A DNA stretch of 64,000 nt from an uncultured Haloferula sp. (GTDB lineage: Bacteria > Verrucomicrobiota > Verrucomicrobiia > Verrucomicrobiales > Akkermansiaceae), in assembly GCA_965652295.1 (NCBI GenBank), contig CBFGTS010000011.1:101246-165245 (forward strand), read 5' to 3'. The translations under genes were made by a program, and so were the position numbers. Shown one piece after another: positions 17,963 to 26,700 of this stretch (position 1 is the stretch's first letter; each line of letters opens with the position of its first letter). The notes under the pieces were generated by a model. It was given only the letters and a program-made list of their open reading frames with translations, did not search any database and was not told the origin of the DNA.

Positions 17963-18928
17963 ATGTCACGCGATCTCCATGATGAACTCCGCCAGTACCT
18001 CAGCGACCTTTATTCCATGGAACTCCAGGCGCTGGCCCAACTGGAGACGGCACCGGGTATGGCAGGGGAGAGAGGCTTGTCCGCGGATCTGAGCACTCAT
18101 TTCGCCGAAACCGAAGGTCAGGCCGAGCGGGTCCGCGAGCGACTGGAGGCAGCCGGCGGGTCTCCTTCCGCGGTGAAGGATGCGGTCATGAAACTCGGTG
18201 GAAAGGCGTTCCTGCTTTTCGCCAAGGTTCAGGACGAAACTCCGGGTCGCCTGCTGGTGCACTCCTATTCGTATGAGGCGATGGAATGGGCGGGTTACGG
18301 GGTGCTGGAGAACCTGGCAAGGCGGGCCGGGGATGAGTCCACCGCGACGATGGCACGGGAAATCCGGGCTGAAGAACGGATGATGATGGATCGGCTGGAG
18401 TCACGGTTTTCTCCGGTGGAAGCCCTGGCCCATGAGAGCAAGCCTCCTGCCGAAATGGGCGACCATCTGCACCAGCACCTCGCTGAGGCGCACGCACTGT
18501 TCGCCCAGAACATCGAGGTGATGGAACAGGGCGAGAAGGCCTCCGGCGGTGACCTCGGTGGCGTGTACCGCCGAGGTGCGGAGATGGCCGAGCTGCATCT
18601 CCACAAGTTCCGCGACCAGCTCAAGCGTCTCGGGGCCGAACCCTCGTGGATCGAAGACGTCGCGATGAAGATCGGCGGCCTCAACTGGGGGGTGTTCTTC
18701 CGCAGTCAGAAGGACACGCCAGCCAAGCTCCTCTGTTTCGCCTACGCCGTGGAGCACCTCGTCATCGGAGGTCTGGAGATGCTTGAACGAACGGCGCGGC
18801 GCGCAGGCGATGCCTCGACCGAGCGGCTCTGCGGCGAGACGATCGCGGAAAAGCGCGAATTGGCCGGCAAGCTGGTCGAGCACATGGATCCCGCGGTGTC
18901 CGCGACGCTGGGAATCACCTCCGACTGA
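17963..18928 (+). CDS. Ferritin-like protein with two tandem YciE/YciF (DUF892)-like domains
   Basis: LSDLYSMELQA, HFAETEGQAERV, SYEAMEWAGY motifs and a clear internal duplication. Confidence 0.75.
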   Translation: MSRDLHDELRQYLSDLYSMELQALAQLETAPGMAGERGLSADLSTHFAETEGQAERVRERLEAAGGSPSAVKDAVMKLGGKAFLLFAKVQDETPGRLLVHSYSYEAMEWAGYGVLENLARRAGDESTATMAREIRAEERMMMDRLESRFSPVEALAHESKPPAEMGDHLHQHLAEAHALFAQNIEVMEQGEKASGGDLGGVYRRGAEMAELHLHKFRDQLKRLGAEPSWIEDVAMKIGGLNWGVFFRSQKDTPAKLLCFAYAVEHLVIGGLEMLERTARRAGDASTERLCGETIAEKRELAGKLVEHMDPAVSATLGITSD

Positions 18929-18981
18929 GGCCGGATGAACAAACTCCGGTGAACGAAGCGCTTGATCGGAGACCCAGCTGC

Positions 18982-19689
18982 ATGAAACTCTTTCCAATGA
19001 AGCCTTTCTCCTCTCTCGTCGCGGCCATTGCTCTGATCGCCCCTGCATTCTCCCAGAGCGCGGAGCAGATCATGGAGCGGGCCCGGATCGGAGCCACGCT
19101 CCAGAACGCCGATCTGAGGGGGGAAATCGACGGCCCGCGTGGAGACACGGATGTATCCCTCTTCCTTCGCGGCAAGGATATCCAGATTGCCTTGGAGAAC
19201 GGGGCGCAGCGGTTTCACATGCGGCTGGGGGACGATCAGTACGATCTGTTCGAGATCATCAACGGCAAGACGACCCGTTTTCCCGATGCGAAACTCCAGC
19301 AGCCGATCGCCGGGAGCGATCTGACCTACGAGGACCTCTCGTTCCGCTTTCTCTACTGGCCGAAGCCACAGTTGGAAGGCAGCGAGCGGGTCGGCACGCG
19401 GGACAGCTGGAAGATCCGGGTCGATAATCCCAGCCGCAAGGGGGCCTACTCGGTCGTCTACGTGTGGGTGGACAAGGAATACGGTGCGTTCATGAAGGTC
19501 GAAGGTTTCGATAGGAGCGGGAAGCGGATCAAACGCTTCCAAGTGCGCGACGTGATGAAAATCGGAGACGGCAACTGGACGCTGAAGAAGATGAAGGTCT
19601 CGACGATGAACGGAGATCGCGCCGTGTCGAACAGCGAGCTGGAGTTCGACAAGCAGGACCACCACCGCAAGCCCGGCGGGCTGCGCTGA
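18982..19689 (+). CDS. Outer-membrane lipoprotein-sorting (LolA-like) family protein
   Basis: Signal peptide, GSDLTYEDL motif, YSVVYVWVDKE. Confidence 0.75.
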   Translation: MKLFPMKPFSSLVAAIALIAPAFSQSAEQIMERARIGATLQNADLRGEIDGPRGDTDVSLFLRGKDIQIALENGAQRFHMRLGDDQYDLFEIINGKTTRFPDAKLQQPIAGSDLTYEDLSFRFLYWPKPQLEGSERVGTRDSWKIRVDNPSRKGAYSVVYVWVDKEYGAFMKVEGFDRSGKRIKRFQVRDVMKIGDGNWTLKKMKVSTMNGDRAVSNSELEFDKQDHHRKPGGLR

Positions 19690-19693
19690 GCCC

Positions 19694-20320
19694 TCAGTGG
19701 AGGAACTTCAGCCCTACGATCCCGAGCACGACCAGCAGGCCGAAGGCGAGAAAACACCATTCCAGGTGCTTCTCGATGAACGGACGAACGGTAGGGCCGC
19801 AGAGCCGGATGATACCGGCCACGACGAAGAACCTGAACCCGCGCCCGAGGATCGAGGCGGCGATGAGCAGTGGCAGGTTGTAGGTCATCATGCCGGAGAA
19901 AATCGTGAACACCTTGTAGGGAATCGGCGTGATGGCGGCGATCAGGATGCCCCAGAAACCAAAGGTGCCGTACCAGTCCTCGATCTGCGCGCGGACTTTC
20001 CCGGTGTCGTCGAAGAAATTGAGCAGCGGAAGAGCCACGCTTTCCCGCAGACCCCAGCCGATCAGCCAGCCGGCGATGCCCCCCAGCACCGAGCCTGCGG
20101 TGCAGATCAACGCGTAGCGGGCCCACTTTTTCCGGGCGCCGAAGCACAGGGCGAGCAGCAGGACATCCGGCGGGATGGGAAAAAACGATGACTCGGCGAA
20201 GGCGATGGCAAACAGCGCACGATCCCCGCCGGGGCGGTCGGCCCACGAGATGGTCCACGCGTAGAGACGGCGGATGAGACCTTGTTTGGCGGGCGCGGCG
20301 GCGGTGGATTCGTCGGACAT
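19694..20320 (-). CDS. DedA/YqaA-family (VTT) membrane protein
   Basis: FAESSFFPIPPD, TPIPYKVFTI, GRGFRFF motifs. Confidence 0.88.
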   Translation of the reverse strand: MSDESTAAAPAKQGLIRRLYAWTISWADRPGGDRALFAIAFAESSFFPIPPDVLLLALCFGARKKWARYALICTAGSVLGGIAGWLIGWGLRESVALPLLNFFDDTGKVRAQIEDWYGTFGFWGILIAAITPIPYKVFTIFSGMMTYNLPLLIAASILGRGFRFFVVAGIIRLCGPTVRPFIEKHLEWCFLAFGLLVVLGIVGLKFLH

Positions 20321-20344
20321 CAGGAAAGGAAGATCAAAAGGGGA

Positions 20345-21343
20345 TCAGTCGGTCTCCGGCCGGGGGTCCCGGTTGAGCAATTCGGCGAGCGCCTTGGCGG
20401 CCGGCATGTCCTTGTAGAGGATCGCATGAACGGCGTCGATGATGGGCGTGCGCACGCCTGAAGTACGGGCTGCCTCGTAGATGGAAAGGGTGTTCGGCAC
20501 GCCCTCCGCCACCATCCCGAGGCTGCCGACGGCTTCATCCAGGGATTTTCCCTCGCCGAGCGCCTTGCCCACGCGATGGTTGCGTGAGTGCTCGGAAAAG
20601 CAGGTGGCGATGAGGTCGCCCACGCCGGAGAGGCCGGCGAAGGTCTCGACCCGGCCACCGAGGCGGGTGCCGAGGCGGGTCATCTCCGCCAGCGCGCGGG
20701 TGACCAGGGCAGCGATGGCGTTATCGCCGAGACCGAGGCCGAGCGCGATGCCGGAAGCGATGGCATAGACGTTTTTGATCGCACCGCCGAGTTCGATGCC
20801 GGCGAGGTCGTCGCTGGTGTAGCTGCGGAAGTGCGGAGCGGTGAAGAGCTGCTGGAGCTGCTCGGCGAGCGCCTCGTCCTCGCAGCCGATCACCGCGCAG
20901 GTGGCGAGGTCCTGCGAGATTTCCTCGGCATGGTTCGGTCCGGAAAGCACGGCGATCGGGTTGGCGGGAAACTCTTCGCGCAGTATCACGCTCATGCGGT
21001 CGCCGGTACCGCGCTCGATGCCCTTGGCGCAGGAAAGCAGGACGGTCTCCCGGGCGAGCCCGAGCTTGGCCAGTTGGCTCGCCATACCGCGGGTCGCGGA
21101 GGTCGGCACGCCGAAGACAACGAGCGGATGATTCTTCGCCGCGGCGAGATCGGTGGTGGCGGTGACGCTGCCGGGCAGCGACGCCCCCGGCAGGTAGCGG
21201 GGGTTGTGGTGCTCGCGGGTGATCGTGGCCACGACCTGATCATCGCGGCCGATCATTTCGACGGCCCGCATGCGGCTGCCGATGAGGTGAGCCAGGGCGG
21301 TGCCGAAGGAGCCGGTTCCGAGGATGGCGACGGAGTCGAACAT
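20345..21343 (-). CDS. gpsA: NAD(P)H-dependent glycerol-3-phosphate dehydrogenase
   Basis: GTGSFGTA, LSGPNHA, GGAIKNV, GVGDLIATC, SRN, VAEG motifs. Confidence 0.95.
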   Translation of the reverse strand: MFDSVAILGTGSFGTALAHLIGSRMRAVEMIGRDDQVVATITREHHNPRYLPGASLPGSVTATTDLAAAKNHPLVVFGVPTSATRGMASQLAKLGLARETVLLSCAKGIERGTGDRMSVILREEFPANPIAVLSGPNHAEEISQDLATCAVIGCEDEALAEQLQQLFTAPHFRSYTSDDLAGIELGGAIKNVYAIASGIALGLGLGDNAIAALVTRALAEMTRLGTRLGGRVETFAGLSGVGDLIATCFSEHSRNHRVGKALGEGKSLDEAVGSLGMVAEGVPNTLSIYEAARTSGVRTPIIDAVHAILYKDMPAAKALAELLNRDPRPETD

Positions 21344-21348
21344 TCGTA

Positions 21349-22071
21349 TCAGGCTTTGAGTCTGCGGGTGAAGCGGTGCTCCGTGCCATCGATGAGGCGA
21401 CGGATGTTGGTGCGGTGCTTCCAGATCGCGAGGGTGGCGATGATCACCGTGAAAAAGAACAAGGGCTTGTTCCACGTCCCGGCCTGCCACAGCGAGATGC
21501 CTTCCGCGTTTTTGTGAAACCTGGCCCCGATGTGGGTGAGCACCGGCAGGGCCGCCGCCGCGCCGATGGAGGCCAGGGAAACGTAACGGGTGGTCAGGAA
21601 AAACAGCAGCCAGACCGCGATCAACAGCACCACGGCGAAGGGCATCAGACCGAGCAGCACGCCCGCGGAGGTGGCGATGCCTTTTCCGCCCTTGAAACCG
21701 ACCCAGGGCGAGTAGTTGTGCCCGAGGATGGCGAGAAGCGCGGTGAGCACGTGGACGAGCTGTCCCTTGAATTGCTCCGCGGCGGGGAGACGCAGCGCCA
21801 CGCCGTCGAGAAACTCAAGGTGGGGTGTGATCATCCGGCCCTCGATCTGGATCAGATTGATGGCCAGCAGCACCGGTAGATACCCCTTCAGGGCATCGAG
21901 GATGAGGCAGGTGATGCCATACTTTTTCCCAACGATCCGAAGCACGTTGGTTGCGCCGATGTTTCCCGAACCGTGGGCGCGGATATCGATGCCTTTAAGC
22001 TTGGCGATGATCAGACCGAACGGAATCGAGCCGAGCAGGAAGGCGATGATCGGGCAGAGCCAGAGTTGCAT
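21349..22071 (-). CDS. plsY: Glycerol-3-phosphate acyltransferase
   Basis: GSIPFG, GSGNIGATN, GHNYS, FKGGKGIAT, KHRTNI motifs. Confidence 0.95.
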   Translation of the reverse strand: MQLWLCPIIAFLLGSIPFGLIIAKLKGIDIRAHGSGNIGATNVLRIVGKKYGITCLILDALKGYLPVLLAINLIQIEGRMITPHLEFLDGVALRLPAAEQFKGQLVHVLTALLAILGHNYSPWVGFKGGKGIATSAGVLLGLMPFAVVLLIAVWLLFFLTTRYVSLASIGAAAALPVLTHIGARFHKNAEGISLWQAGTWNKPLFFFTVIIATLAIWKHRTNIRRLIDGTEHRFTRRLKA

Positions 22072-22083
22072 GGAGGTGGAAAA

Positions 22084-22842
22084 TCAGAGCTTCCAGTAGT
22101 CGCCGACCCATGGAGCGGGGAGCACGCGATGATGGATCTTTTTTCCGCGGAACCCGCGGATGGCGTCGTCCGGATCCGGCTGGCCGTGGAAAACGACGAA
22201 CTTCGCGTTGGCGGGCTTCTTCGGCGCGGCGACGAGGTTGAGTGGGAAGGGCGGTCGGACGTTGAACTTGAAGCTGCGGACCCACTCTTCGGGCCACCAG
22301 TAGCGCTCCTTCATCGCATAGGTGAGGAAATGCTGCTCGGTCACGAAGATCGAGCGATCCTGAGCGCGGTCGATTTCCGCGAGGAAGGTCTCGTAGATGT
22401 AATGCGACTTGCCGGCCTCGAAGCGGAAGATGGACGAGTTGCCGATCTCCGGGCGCTTGCGGAAGAGCTGTTTGCGACGCTCCCACCAGTTGTGAATGAT
22501 GCAATTCTTGCCGGGTTGGTAGTCGAAAAAGCAGTCGATCGAGTCGAGGATGACGAGATCGAGATCGAGGAAAAGCGTGGGCCCCTGGAGGTCGCAGAAG
22601 CCATCGCGGGTCATGACGAGCTTGAGGAAAACGTTCGGCCAGGCCGACTGGGTGATGCCGGGGTTCTCCGGAAACGGGGCGGTTTCCACCTCGGGCAGCA
22701 GCTCGCTGGCGTCATCGGTGAGGCAGAGGAAGCGGAACGGACGCGAGAGGTTCCGCTGGATCGAGCGATACAGGACGTTGACGTAATGAGCGGGGTAGCG
22801 GGTGCCCCACTTCATGCAGATGATGTTCACTCGGTCGGCCAT
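22084..22842 (-). CDS. Glycosyltransferase-like protein (GT-A fold)
   Basis: ICMKWGTRY start, FLDLD (DxD), NSS and VVFHG motifs. Confidence 0.7.
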   Translation of the reverse strand: MADRVNIICMKWGTRYPAHYVNVLYRSIQRNLSRPFRFLCLTDDASELLPEVETAPFPENPGITQSAWPNVFLKLVMTRDGFCDLQGPTLFLDLDLVILDSIDCFFDYQPGKNCIIHNWWERRKQLFRKRPEIGNSSIFRFEAGKSHYIYETFLAEIDRAQDRSIFVTEQHFLTYAMKERYWWPEEWVRSFKFNVRPPFPLNLVAAPKKPANAKFVVFHGQPDPDDAIRGFRGKKIHHRVLPAPWVGDYWKL

Positions 22843-22896
22843 GCGTGCGGCGGGATTGCGGATGCTGGCGGCGGAAATGCCAAGCGGAAAGCGGGC

Positions 22897-23604
22897 TCAC
22901 ACCCGTTGGTCCGAGCTGCGCAGCGAGATGTCGCCGATTTCGACGTGGGGCGGGGTTTCCAGCATATGGAGGATACTTTCGGCCACGTCGCCGGCTTGCA
23001 GCATGTGGATCGAGGCCCGCGTTTGCTGCAGAACGTCCTCGCGACCGCGGAAATAGTCGTCGAGCAGCGGGGTATCGACGAAGCCGGGCGACACGCTCCC
23101 GACCTGAACGGGAAGCCCGGCGGCCTTGACCTCGAGGCGGAGCGCGTCGGTGATCGCTCGGACAGCGAACTTGGTCGGTGCGTAGAATCCGCCGCCGGGT
23201 GGCACGCGGTGACCGCTCATCGAGGAGACGTTCACGATCCGGCCGCCGGATTTCGGGAAATGGCGCAGGGCGGACTGGCAGCACAGGGCGAGGCCCAGCA
23301 CGTTGACGCGCCACATTTCCTCCCAGTCGGAGGGGTTTCCATCGAGGATCTTCGATTGGTAGGCCACGCCGGCGCAGTTCACGAGAGCGTCGATGATCTC
23401 GAGTTGGCGGAAGGCATCGGCGATGTCATCGCGGCGGGTCAGGTCGGCGGTGAGGCCGTGGACGCCGTCGGGCAGTCTGCCGGGCGAGCGGGAGATGCCG
23501 ACGACCTTGGCACCGCGCTCCAACAGCCGTTCCGCGAGGGCGCGGCCGATTCCGCTGGAGGCACCGGTGACAACGATGGTCCGATCGGCGAGGCGGCTGC
23601 TCAT
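22897..23604 (-). CDS. SDR-family oxidoreductase
   Basis: TGASSGIG, NCAG, YAPTK, SPGFVDT motifs. Confidence 0.9.
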   Translation of the reverse strand: MSSRLADRTIVVTGASSGIGRALAERLLERGAKVVGISRSPGRLPDGVHGLTADLTRRDDIADAFRQLEIIDALVNCAGVAYQSKILDGNPSDWEEMWRVNVLGLALCCQSALRHFPKSGGRIVNVSSMSGHRVPPGGGFYAPTKFAVRAITDALRLEVKAAGLPVQVGSVSPGFVDTPLLDDYFRGREDVLQQTRASIHMLQAGDVAESILHMLETPPHVEIGDISLRSSDQRV

Positions 23605-24578
23605 GTGGCGAGCCTTTCAGCGGGGCCCGGACTTGGCAACCCCTCGAAAAGCCGGGGCAGATCCGGAAGATCGGCCTGCGTCCGGGCACGCTGGGCGGCG
23701 ACGATCCTCCCGTTCCGGAAAAGAAACGCCCCTGGAAGCTGGAGCCCGTCGCCGGCCAGATGACCCATGCCGCAGCCGCGGATCAGGGCGACGAGCAGGG
23801 GCAGCCACACGGGCGGACCGAACAACTCCCAGAAGCCGCCCTTACCAAGGCCGAAGGCGCGGTAGAGCTCGCAGCGGGGGTCGGCGATGCGGGCGATGCC
23901 GCTGCGGGTGGGAAGATAGTTTTCCTCGCTGCCGGGAACCAGCATGTGGACGAGGACGAGCCGGGCGCGGTGTTCGCCGGCCTCGGCCTTGAGCGATTCC
24001 AGCTCCCGGAGGATCTTGCGGGTGAAGGTGCAGCCGAAATGGCGTAGAAAGACGAGGCAGACGAGCTGGGTTTCCGATGCTTCGCGGAGCGACTCGCCCG
24101 ACGAGAGACGGTAGTGCCTCGCGGCCTCCTCCAGGTTCATCGGCTCCTCCTCCGCCGGACGACCGAGGCGCGATTCAAGGATCTGCCAGAGAATCAGCGC
24201 GAGGGGAAACCAGCAGAGAAGATCGTCGCCGGCCACCAGCAGGAAGGCGGAGCCCGTGAGGTTGCCATCGATCACCGACCACACGCTCGTTGCCACCACC
24301 AGCGTGGCTTTCAGAAAGCCGACAAGCACCAGTGCCCAGTGCTCGAAAGGCGAGCGGGAGGCGATGATGAAGCCGATGCCGAACGCGGCGGCCGCGAGAC
24401 CGATGGCCCGCCACACCATCGGGTTTTTCAACGGAGGCGCGCCGAGGAGCCCGAAGAACCCGTGTGGCTGGAAATTGACCCAAAGCCCGAAGGCGACGTA
24501 GCTGAGCCCGGCCGCGACCAGCACCAGGCTCATCCAGCGCGGGGTGCGGCAGCGGCCGCCGGGGCAGGAAAAAGGCAT
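23601..24578 (-). CDS. Membrane protein fused to a peroxiredoxin-like (AhpC/TSA-2, SelL-related) redox domain
   Basis: About 4 N-terminal TM segments, then FLRHFGCTFTR, DP..LYRAFGL and GDGLQLPGAF. Start supported by TTGCGC-N16-TACGCT just upstream. Confidence 0.7.
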   Translation of the reverse strand: MPFSCPGGRCRTPRWMSLVLVAAGLSYVAFGLWVNFQPHGFFGLLGAPPLKNPMVWRAIGLAAAAFGIGFIIASRSPFEHWALVLVGFLKATLVVATSVWSVIDGNLTGSAFLLVAGDDLLCWFPLALILWQILESRLGRPAEEEPMNLEEAARHYRLSSGESLREASETQLVCLVFLRHFGCTFTRKILRELESLKAEAGEHRARLVLVHMLVPGSEENYLPTRSGIARIADPRCELYRAFGLGKGGFWELFGPPVWLPLLVALIRGCGMGHLAGDGLQLPGAFLFRNGRIVAAQRARTQADLPDLPRLFEGLPSPGPAERLAT

Positions 24579-24673
24579 GGACAAGCGTAATGGGAAGCAC
24601 CGCCTGCGCAAGAGGCGCGTGACGGCCGCGCGGGCTCTTGACCGTGGGGGCGCGACTTTCCATGGTCCGCGCC

Positions 24674-25636
24674 ATGCGCATCCTGACCGGCCTGCAACCC
24701 AGCGGAAAACTCCACGTCGGCAACTACTTCGGAGCCATGGAGCCCGCGGTGAAGCTGCAGGAGGAGGGGGACGCCTTCTATTTCATCGCCAACTACCACG
24801 CGATGACCACCGTCCGCAACGCCGCCGAGCTGCGGGGTTTCACCCGCGAACTGGCCGTCGACTTTCTCGCCTGCGGCCTGGATCCCGAACGCTCGGTGTT
24901 TTTCCGCCAGTCCGACGTTCCCGAGGTCAACGAACTCGCGTGGATCCTGTCGACGGTTTGCCCGATCAGCCTGCTGGAAAAGTGCCATTCTTATAAGGAC
25001 AAGGTCGCCAAGGGTTTCTCGCCCAGCCACGGCCTGTTCGCCTATCCGGTGCTGATGGCCGCGGACATCCTGCTCTACGATGCCAACCAGGTCCCGGTGG
25101 GGAAAGACCAGAAGCAGCACCTCGAAGTCACTCGCGACCTCGCCGGAAAAATCAATGAAGCCTATGGCGAGGGCACGCTGGTCGTTCCCGAGCCTATCAT
25201 CCGGGAGAGCGTGGCGGTGGTCCCCGGCCTGGATGGCCAGAAGATGAGCAAGAGCTACCACAATACGCTGCCGCTTTTCGGCGAGGAAAAGCCGTCGAAG
25301 AAGCTCATCATGCGTATGGTGACCGATTCGACCCCGGTGGAAGAACCGAAGCCGGTCGAGCAATCGCTCATCCTCCCGCTGTTCCGGTTGTTTGCGGATG
25401 ACTCCGCCTACCAGGAGATGATCCGCCAGCATGAATGCGGCGGGACGGGCTATGGGGATTTCAAAAAGCGTTTGGCTGAAGCCTATTGGGACTACTTCGC
25501 CCCGATGCGGGCCAAGCGCGAGGAGCTCCTTGCTGACCCCGGGTTCGTCGATGATGTCTTGAAGAAGGGCGCGGAAAAGGCCCGCGCCACGGCGGCGGTG
25601 ACGCTCGACCGCGTGCGCCGCGCCGTGGGGCTTTGA
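24674..25636 (+). CDS. trpS: Tryptophan-tRNA ligase
   Basis: QPSGKLHVGN, YPVLMAADIL, GKDQKQH, KMSKS motifs. Confidence 0.97.
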   Translation: MRILTGLQPSGKLHVGNYFGAMEPAVKLQEEGDAFYFIANYHAMTTVRNAAELRGFTRELAVDFLACGLDPERSVFFRQSDVPEVNELAWILSTVCPISLLEKCHSYKDKVAKGFSPSHGLFAYPVLMAADILLYDANQVPVGKDQKQHLEVTRDLAGKINEAYGEGTLVVPEPIIRESVAVVPGLDGQKMSKSYHNTLPLFGEEKPSKKLIMRMVTDSTPVEEPKPVEQSLILPLFRLFADDSAYQEMIRQHECGGTGYGDFKKRLAEAYWDYFAPMRAKREELLADPGFVDDVLKKGAEKARATAAVTLDRVRRAVGL

Positions 25637-25925
25637 GGGGCGGGATCTATCGGGCGCAGCAGTGACGGCCGCAAGCGGGCCAACTTTTGCTTTGCCAAAC
25701 CAGCCACCAGCCGGCAATCTCAACTCGTTCGCGTGGTGGTCGGCCTGAGAATTTTCAGGTCATCCGGGAATGAAAGCCTTGAGAATCCGGTAACGGATCC
25801 CTGCGCTGGAATCATTCGCCCCCGGCTTAGCCCTACCGATCCGTGGTTTCCCATCGTGTGCCGGAGTCTATCCGGGCGATGGGCTGGTTGCGGAAAGTTC
25901 GTTTTCTCTCGTTTCCCTCGTTTTC

Positions 25926-26678
25926 ATGGCAGGTCACAACAAGTGGTCGAAGGTCAAACACATCAAAGCCCGTGTGGACGTCATCCGCGGCAAGGTGTTC
26001 AGCAAGTGCGCCCACGAGATCGCGATCGCGGCTCGTGACGGCGGCGGTGATCCGACGATGAATGCCCGGCTGCGTGCGGCGATTGACGGGGCCAAAGCGG
26101 TTTCAATGCCGAAGGACAACATCGAGCGTGCCATCAAAAAAGGCACCGGTGAACTCGGCGGCGAGGCGATTCAGGAAGTGACCTACGAGGGCTATGGTTC
26201 CGGCGGTGCCGCCTTCATTGTCGAGGCCGCCACCGACAATCTCAATCGGACCGCAGCCGACGTTCGCTCGGTCTTTTCCAAGGCCGGCGGAAGCGTCGCC
26301 ACGCCTGGCAGCGTTTCCTATCAGTTCGATCGCAAGGGCGAGATCCGCTTCGAGGATACGGAACTGGGCGAGGACCGCCTGATGGAACGGGTGATCGAAG
26401 CCGGCGGCGACGAGCTGGAGGACGATGGTGACGAATGGGTGGTGCTGACCGCGCCCACCGAGCTGTTCGCCGTTTCGGAAAAGCTCCGCGAGTCCGGACT
26501 GACTCCCAAATCCGAGAAGCTCGTCTCATTGCCGCAGAACGTGACCATGATCGACGATCCCGACCAAGCCAGGCAGCTGATGAAGCTCTACGACCAGCTC
26601 GATGAACTCGGCGACACGCTGAACGTTTTCACCAATTTTGAATTTTCCGACGAGGTGCTGAACGCCCTCGATTCCTGA
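25926..26678 (+). CDS. yebC: YebC/PmpR-family protein
   Basis: MAGHNKWSKVKH, MPKDNIERAI, YEGYG, TDNLNRT motifs. Confidence 0.95.
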   Translation: MAGHNKWSKVKHIKARVDVIRGKVFSKCAHEIAIAARDGGGDPTMNARLRAAIDGAKAVSMPKDNIERAIKKGTGELGGEAIQEVTYEGYGSGGAAFIVEAATDNLNRTAADVRSVFSKAGGSVATPGSVSYQFDRKGEIRFEDTELGEDRLMERVIEAGGDELEDDGDEWVVLTAPTELFAVSEKLRESGLTPKSEKLVSLPQNVTMIDDPDQARQLMKLYDQLDELGDTLNVFTNFEFSDEVLNALDS

Positions 26679-26700
26679 TCTCCCCGAATTTCCCTTACCG

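Noticed and set aside
23601..24578. Selenoprotein (UGA recoding)
   Set aside because: The motif codons are TGC-ACC-TTC-ACC, with no in-frame TGA.
25764..25880. Cobalamin or TPP riboswitch in the yebC leader
   Set aside because: Fragments such as GGGAA, GAGAATCCGG and CTGAGA occur, but the required pairings and the B12 box or TPP core are missing, and the gene context does not fit.
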